Source of the DNA: a virus
Length of the DNA stretch: 64,000 nt
Reading direction: 5' to 3' (one strand)
IMG/VR virus record: IMGVR_UViG_3300045988_085724
Span: 1-64,000 of that record
Below the pieces are notes generated by a model. That model worked only from the letters and a program-made list of their open reading frames with translations, had not been told where the DNA came from and did not search any database. The position numbers and the translations under genes were made by a program. Positions 57,315 to 64,000 of this stretch are shown here, in pieces (the stretch's first letter is position 1; every line of letters begins with the position of its first letter).

Positions 57315-59801
57315 TTAACGCTCTCCTACCGTTTTATTCCGCAAAGCGGTCTTAGCTTTAAGTTGTTCTCTTTCCATAGCAGCTTTATCTTTTTGCGCTT
57401 GAAGTTGCGATTCATGTTTCATCTTATCTTTCTCAAGCTGTATTTTAGCATCTTCGATCTCTTTCTTCTGTTTAGATTCGTAGCGCTTAGAGTACGCATC
57501 TTCACGTATCTTCATTTGTGCAGTAGCATCTTTAGCTATTTCCATAGGATCTGGTATACCATTCTGATTAGCATCTTTATCTTCAGTTCCGCGATATGCA
57601 GATATCTCAGCTACAGTAATCTTAGTGGCATTGTCTTGATCTATCTTATATCTATCAAGATCCATTTGAGCTTCTTGAAGCATGAGCTCTTGTTGTTTAG
57701 CTTCATTCTGCATCTGTTGAAGCTGTTGCTGTGCTTGTGCTTCAGCTTGTTGCTGTTGTTGTGCTTGTTCTTCTTGACGTTTTTGCATGGCTGCAAGTTT
57801 CTGTTTAATGATATTAAAGTTATCATTAGTGAGTATTTCAGCTGCTTCAAGTAGACTAGCACCATTCTGCATAGCAGGTTGTATAAGCTGTTGGAGCTTC
57901 TGTATGTTCTCAAGATCTTTAGAAGTATCGCTTACGAATACATCCATATCTTCATAGTAGAATTTGTCAGCTATATCGAGAAATGCACGTTCGCCATTGT
58001 CAAATATGTACGATAATTTCTTTTTACCAGTCTATTGCCAAGCACCTTTAGCTGTATTCAAAAGCATATTTAATACATGACGTTTACATTGAGCATGCGC
58101 CCAGAATAAAGGCTCTGTGATATGTGAAGATTGTACAACAGAACGCTCAACATTACCAACAAGTTCTGAAGAACTGATAGCACCTTGTCGTTGTTCTGTA
58201 ATACCAGATATAGTTCCAGCAAGTTGTTCAATCTTATCCATCAACTGAATATATTCAGATATAACATTAGACATTGTAAGATCTAATGCTGTAATCTGAT
58301 TAAATGAAGCAGGCTTTCCGCCTTCACGTCCAGGAACATTCCAGCCTTCTTCATATGGATTTATGAAGTTAACACCAACACTAGAAAGATAATGCATCCA
58401 ACGTTCTGGTGTAATGTTCATAGACTTAGGTATCTGCGTAATATCCATGTTGATAACTTTACCTTTGTCACGAGCGATAGCCAATTCAAGTCTATACCAT
58501 AATACAATATACATATACTGTAATGGTTTAAGAATACTTACAAGTGATCTAGGTTTGCTATTAGTATTACTATATACACAACCACAATATGGCAGCTTTT
58601 GACTATTAGGATTATCAATACTTACATGTTGATACTCAATAGGCTATATTCCAAAATACAAATCATTTCCTGCACGATATCCTTCCCATACTTCTACAAT
58701 CCAGTCTGGTTCCACAGATAATTCGTTGCCTATCTTTTTATACGACTCATCGGCAATTTGTACCTGAGGAGTGCCTGTCTCATCCATGACTGTTACGTAA
58801 AATATCTTTTTAAAAGACTTCCAGCAACAATGCCACACATTTATACAGTATCTACTTTTCTGATCGAATTCTGGATTATCGTATATATGCAATTGTATTC
58901 CTCCGCCTGTATCTACAGGATCGCCTTCTCGCATATCACCCATTGGTTTTCCAGTGAGCATTTCATTGAGTTTATTTAGATCTTTTTCATCTAATTTATT
59001 ATAATACCTATCATACACTTCTGCTACGGGCAGTCTCATCTTACGGCAACACCATGAACCATCTTCAATAAATTCTAGATCGGGACTTTTGTCATATGAA
59101 AAATATAACGGATTAACACGTTCCATATATGGCTCATCATTCTAAACACCTATATAGTATATCTCATTACCGGAGATAAGTGCATCTTTCCATCCTTTTA
59201 TAAATTCATTGTCTAGATTAAGCTTTTCTCTTAAGTAGACTAGCGTATGATACGCTGTATTTTCAACAACATCTTTATACGTACTATCCATATATTTAGC
59301 AATTTGTTCAGGAGGCATTATTTCGCCATTTTGTAATTGCTGTTGAAATTGCTATTGTTGTTCGGGATCCATTTTGGCCATTATTGCGGACATCATATAT
59401 TGGATCAGCATATCTTTTTCCTTATCCATTAAATCAGACGCTGCTTCCTAAGATGTACGCACTACTCTAAAGTTCATGGGTCTCTTTGTTTCCTCACCAA
59501 TGAGTAGGTCAATCTTAGGGCGTATGATATTAAAATCCTAAGGTGTTGCTGGGAATCCATCGTCTACTTTAAATGGGTTTGTTATACGTTTAAAATCTTT
59601 TTCGTCGAAAATACTATTATATAGATTATAATAAGTCTGCAGCTCCCCGAATTGTGTATTCTATCTTCCGCCGGATACAATATTACCTTCTCCGATAATA
59701 TAATTCACACAACTGTGTTGCCAATCCTCATTCTTCTTTGATAGAGGTAACTTCTGTTGCGGAAATGTTGCATTGTATAAATTATCTTCTATTCTAACCA
59801 T
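57315..59801 (-). CDS. Portal protein, 828 aa, 7 in-frame TAG
   Basis: It lies directly downstream of TerL (2-nt gap). Size and motifs are typical of portals (GELQTYYNLYNS, IRPKIDLLIGEE). The C-terminus is a Gln/Glu-rich coiled coil. TAA at 57315. Confidence 0.7.
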
Positions 59802-59803
59802 CG

Positions 59804-61861
59804 TTAAAAACTAAATATCGGTATATCATCTTGTACGCTATTGTCCTAGAACCACTGTGTTCCGAACAATGGCAATTCAAAGAGTTCAACCTATTTATTC
59901 TATTCTTGTGATTTGCTAACCTTCACCTAGTACAACTCTTCTCGATATATCATAACCATGCATAATGCTATAACACGGTCTACGTTCTTAACGCCATCAT
60001 TTTCTATAAGTTCTTCTATTAAAGGTTCGCTATATACTCTCTCTACGTTAGGATGCCCAGGTTCGTATTCTTCAAGTAACCATTCTAGAATAAGACCTTC
60101 TCCATATGCTCTAATCTATTTAGTCATATGACATCCTTTACGTCTTTGTACCTTACTGTCCTTAAAGACCTCAGAAATAATCTTATCGGGCTAATCTGCG
60201 AGTAAGTAATCACAGTGTTTGTTTGTGAAATAAGGATATATACCCTTACGTTCATTCTCAAATAATAATCTAGCATTATAGAACACTAATAGTTTTCTGA
60301 CGTTCTCATAATACTCTTCTGCTGTATCAGGTCTACCTGAATATTCTGCTACTATTACATCATTCCAAGCTTCTCCAGCTTTTACACGTTTGAATATGAA
60401 TACTGATCCTAATGAATTCGTAAATGAATCGTCGTGGTCGTAGGGATCACACCCTCCGATATACAATCCGAATGGCGGATCTTTTATAGGATATTCCCAT
60501 ATTACTATAGATCCATGTGGTTTATCTCCTTTCTTAAGTGGGTATTCAGTAATATCTCCAGACTTCTTTTCTGTAGCTATTATCTAACCGTTACCATCCC
60601 AATTGAGATCTACTATATGTTTCATATTACGTAACTTAGTGTTTGTACGTATACGTGTTAATTGATCCATTAGAAGTTTTCTTGGAAATATATTCTTACC
60701 TAATTCAAGTACAGCCTCTCTTGGCTTAATAGGACGTTCTGATATAAATCTATCTATGGACTATTGTGAAGCTCCTCCATCTTTAATCTTATTACGCTAC
60801 TCTATTAGATTCTCAATAGCTTTCTCACGAAGACTATTTCCATCTTTATCCATATAGATATAATTTCCATCTTTGTCAAAAGATTCTAGATTACTCCATG
60901 AAGGAACAAAGAATCCACAATTAGTTTGCTCAGCATTATCATCCCATATGTTAGGGAATGCCAGTACATTATATGCTTCAGGTTTATAGAACAGTTCCTT
61001 TAGACCAGTAAATGAAGCGCCCTCTGTACCACCTGTACCATAAGCTATCATTAATCCAAAAGCTACACCGTCGTCAGTTTCTACAGACGGCTGTTCTATT
61101 CGCCACGCATCTAACAAGCCAGGGAACTTACCTCCCTCCTCCCATAGTACTAATTTACCACGAGTACCACGAATACGTTCTGGGTCGTTCTTAAGTGTTA
61201 TTCCACTAATAGATGACATATAACCTTGTTCAGTCTATTTACCGAATTCATCAGTTACCTTATAACCAGCTACGCGTTCCATACGAGTAGATACAAGTCT
61301 TTGTTTAGCCCATGCTGTATTCTTGTCTATAAAATCCATGATTTGCCAAGCTTTTGTTAGTAAACCGTCTCCTATTAAGAACTTTTGTTCTGATGCTACA
61401 GCAAAGTTTTTAGATCCAGGTATCAATTCATAATTACGTACTAGCATTGATGCTCCTTTAAAGGAATACCCACGCTATCTGCTCTTAATCACCGACATGT
61501 GTTTACCTTGATCTTCCGCTTCTTCTATAGCGTTGTAGTAATAGTAATCATAGTCCCAAAATCTAGGAAAGTCTAATATACGTTCACGTCTTGTACGTAC
61601 ATTTCCATTTCTATCAGTATACTTAACTTCTTCTAGTTTCATAATAGGACTATAGTTTAGATAGAAATAATGATATCCAGTAATATAATCACCATCTGGC
61701 GCTATATAACCATTTAAACATCTATCTGTTTCTTGCTCCCAATATGTATTATAATCAGTAGTCCCTCTGGGAGCTAAAGTATAGCATTTATGCTTCTTAA
61801 AAAACTCAGCAGCAGGACTGAATTTTATAGAATTATAAATGCGTTTATTGAAATCTACCAT
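59804..61861 (-). CDS. terL: Terminase large subunit, 685 aa, 11 in-frame TAG
   Basis: Four track fragments plus gaps join in one frame. The ATPase-like region includes RGYSFKGASM and WEEGGKF. The RNase-H-like nuclease region includes LYIGGCDPYDHDD. ATG 61861, TAA 59804. Confidence 0.75.
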
Positions 61862-61863
61862 GT

Positions 61864-62157
61864 TTAATTTTTATCTTCGTAAGTATTGAATAATTCTGAA
61901 TCTCCAGTCTACGTATTTACGCCAATAGATGCTTTTAACGGATGAACATGTGTTACACTATCAGGAATCCCTGCAAATATATGCACCATTATGTTGTCGT
62001 CATTTTTAATACCGCCAGTACACCACGTGTGTTCTTTAAGAAATTCATCAATATTACCATTATACTAGTCGTTGATGAAATCTGTCATCATCTATTTTTT
62101 TGAGTAATCGCTACTCGTGAGCTTCTCAAAAGCAATTTTTGTAAAATTCATCATCAT
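61864..62157 (-). CDS. Small hypothetical protein, 97 aa, 3 in-frame TAG
   Basis: Absent from the track. ATGATGATG at 62157 lies 3 nt after the upstream TAA. TAA is at 61864, 2 nt before the TerL ATG. Confidence 0.45.
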
Positions 62158-62160
62158 TCG

Positions 62161-62679
62161 TTATCTAGGATTTTCGTAAAGACCTATTACACCTCCACCT
62201 TTAACTCTACCGGTTTCAGCCTGTTCAGCCTTTGCTTGTTTCATCGCCATATCAAGCGATTTAATTATTCCACTTATATCCTTGAGAAGCTTAGACACTT
62301 TAGTAGCACTATCTATATCTAAATCTGTCTCAGAATAACTATTCATTACACTCATAATCGCCTCTGCTGCATGTTTCGACGAAGTAAGCAAACGAGTCAT
62401 CGGAGTTTCTTGAAACTCGTTAAACCGTTTTGCCAACTCCATCATCTATGCATCAGGTTTAAAATTCTCATCCTTAAAGACATCCTTAGCTACTCTCCAC
62501 GTACGCTCCTTTTCTGGATATGCCTCATATGGAGTATTCCATTTATATCGCCATACTATAAATTCGATTTTCTTCAACGCTTCTTGTTTATCTTTAGCGT
62601 TATTATAGTAATCTTTAAATGGAGGTATAGCTAATTCATCAGTCTTTAGTATTATCTTATTTCCCTATATATCAAACAT
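62161..62679 (-). CDS. Small-terminase candidate or hypothetical protein, 172 aa, 2 in-frame TAG
   Basis: ATG at 62679 (MFDI-TAG-GNK...), with TAG at codon 5. TAA at 62161. It lies upstream of TerL. The functional call is based on position only. Confidence 0.4.
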
Positions 62680-63107
62680 TATGTTAGTTTAGTTAATGCG
62701 CCATGCATAATAAATGTAACTTGGCTATTATTTGCAGATAACTTACGCACAATCGCTGTAATAATGTACATGTTATTATTTGCAGTATTATAATAATTAG
62801 TAGTATAATATAACGTCATACTGTTGTCTGCACTCGTCTCACGCTATAAATTAAATATAAGCGTTGGGAAATCATTTACTCCGACTGGTCCAAATGCATC
62901 TTGTACACCATTCCAAATAATATATTGAGGTGGGTATCCATTTCCAAGAGCATCTCCTCTCTATGTAAATATTAGTTTTTGCTAGTCTTCTGGTATACTG
63001 TACGAGTACGTATCCGTTGTTTTACTACCTAAAGTAATCGATATAGGATGAGCAAATTTTGTCCAGTCTTTTAGGCGAACAAGTCCAGATCTGTCTAATG
63101 TTTCCAT
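62679..63107 (-). CDS. Hypothetical protein, 142 aa, 3 in-frame TAG
   Basis: Absent from the track. ATG 63107. Its TAA (62681-62679) overlaps the next ATG by 1 nt (TAATG). Confidence 0.45.
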
Positions 63108-63113
63108 AGGTTA

Positions 63114-64000
63114 TTATATTAATATTTTAGTTAATTCGTCATTAGAAATAGCTCTAAGCGTAGATTCATCCCAAACAGCTGCACCATCTATTGATAATGT
63201 ACTATGATCTGCACTATATTGGTACGTTAGAGAATCAACAAGTGTACCAACCTCATTAGTTTCAGAATCACATTCTCCAAGGATGCTGTATGTATTTCCT
63301 ATAGCAGTTGATGATAAATTGCTATTAGTCAGCTTGTGCGTATTAATAGCGTCATAGACAGCTTTGCCACTTACTGCATCAGTACCAGTACTTTCTACTT
63401 TATTCACGACTGTATTCCTAGTGGCACCATCTGCTATTCCATTCAACTTAGTCAACAGCGTAGGTGACATCAAACCGTTCGTATTAGTCGTTACAGTAGG
63501 TATTGTAGTAGGACCTACATTTGCGCCCTGATACTCAGTTAATTTCAATTGGAGATCACTAGAGCCATCTGTAGCTGGAACAAATCCTATAGTCTCAATG
63601 CGATGCTTGTTAATCTCACTAGCGATTTTCTTGTCTGCGTCAGTCTTAGTATAATAACCACTTAGATCAAATGAAGCAGTAACCTCGCCAAGTTTCTCCC
63701 ATTTAGTAGCATCATATGTAGCAGTAAGATCACCAGTGTAAATATATTCGGCATAATTATTCTTGTCTCCAGTAGTTCCTACAGCCTTCAAATAAATATG
63801 CTTCTTAATAGTAGCAATAGTACTGGGTAATTCAGTCACAACTTCAAACAATGTAGTATCGAGATTACCAAGTTGACTCAATGGTATAAATCCTTTAGTA
63901 TCAAGTGTAGCAAATCCATTTGGTAAACCAAATGTATTTAATTTGTCAGCAACTGCTCCACTCCAAAGGTTAAGACTCTCAAATTTAGCATCAGAATCAG
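63114..64000 (-). CDS. Tail-fibre-like protein, C-terminal part (5' end lies outside the window), no TAG in the visible part
   Basis: The frame is open to the window edge. It contains GFATLDTKGFIPLSQLGNLDTTLFEVV, the classic fibre motif (LD..GKIP..LP). TAA at 63114. Confidence 0.6.
   Translation of the reverse strand, partial: DSDAKFESLNLWSGAVADKLNTFGLPNGFATLDTKGFIPLSQLGNLDTTLFEVVTELPSTIATIKKHIYLKAVGTTGDKNNYAEYIYTGDLTATYDATKWEKLGEVTASFDLSGYYTKTDADKKIASEINKHRIETIGFVPATDGSSDLQLKLTEYQGANVGPTTIPTVTTNTNGLMSPTLLTKLNGIADGATRNTVVNKVESTGTDAVSGKAVYDAINTHKLTNSNLSSTAIGNTYSILGECDSETNEVGTLVDSLTYQYSADHSTLSIDGAAVWDESTLRAISNDELTKILI

Noticed and set aside
8552-64000. The fragmented minus-strand ORFs might be pseudogenes, a decaying prophage or an indel-ridden assembly.
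   Set aside because: The interruptions are exclusively TAG and never TAA or TGA. There are no frame changes within genes, gene junctions are precise and coupled, and conserved motifs continue across the TAGs. Random decay or indels would produce mixed stop codons and frameshifts.

Overview
This window reads as one contiguous piece of a crAss-like (Crassvirales-type) phage genome. It is visibly AT-rich, and no Shine-Dalgarno-like sequence was seen at the start sites I examined. Two convergent blocks meet at a hairpin terminator near 8.44-8.55 kb.

**Plus strand, 1-8440.** This is a replication/early module: the C-terminus of a family-B DNA polymerase, a DnaB-like helicase, an AAA_24/Sak4-like ATPase, an SSB with a DDLPF tip, tRNA-Leu(UAA), a TOPRIM primase, a DUF1064-like nuclease, an HNH homing endonuclease and a PD-(D/E)XK exonuclease. 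Every ORF here is intact under the standard code.

**Minus strand, 64000 down to 8552.** This is a nearly gap-free array of 28 late genes. In order they are:
- a tail-fibre-like protein, small proteins including a small-terminase candidate, TerL and portal;
- virion proteins, one with a lysozyme-like domain;
- scaffold, major capsid protein, head-completion-like proteins and an abundant 364-aa protein;
- an endolysin-holin-spanin-like lysis cassette;
- tail-module proteins, then two giant virion proteins of 6034 aa and 2163 aa.

**Central observation.** The late block looks shattered in the six-frame track, but every internal stop I checked is TAG. The fragments of each gene stay in one frame, and genes end only in TAA or TGA. 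TAG is therefore a sense codon in the late genes, most plausibly Gln. My hand count is about 225 in-frame TAGs in 24 of the 28 late CDSs. The early block is code-11 compatible.

I could not find a canonical suppressor tRNA (anticodon CUA) in the window. The 390-nt tRNA region holds one clear tRNA-Leu(UAA) plus unexplained tRNA-like hairpins.

**Other points worth follow-up:**
- a single 18.1-kb ORF that fuses a two-barrel RNA-polymerase signature (DFDID), a zincin motif and a C-terminal DUF1848-like CxxxCxxC domain;
- TAG placed at codon 5-6 of several late genes;
- no TAG at all in the most abundant capsid proteins or in the endolysin.

All coordinates and counts were derived by hand, and all homology statements are from memory. 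No searches were run.
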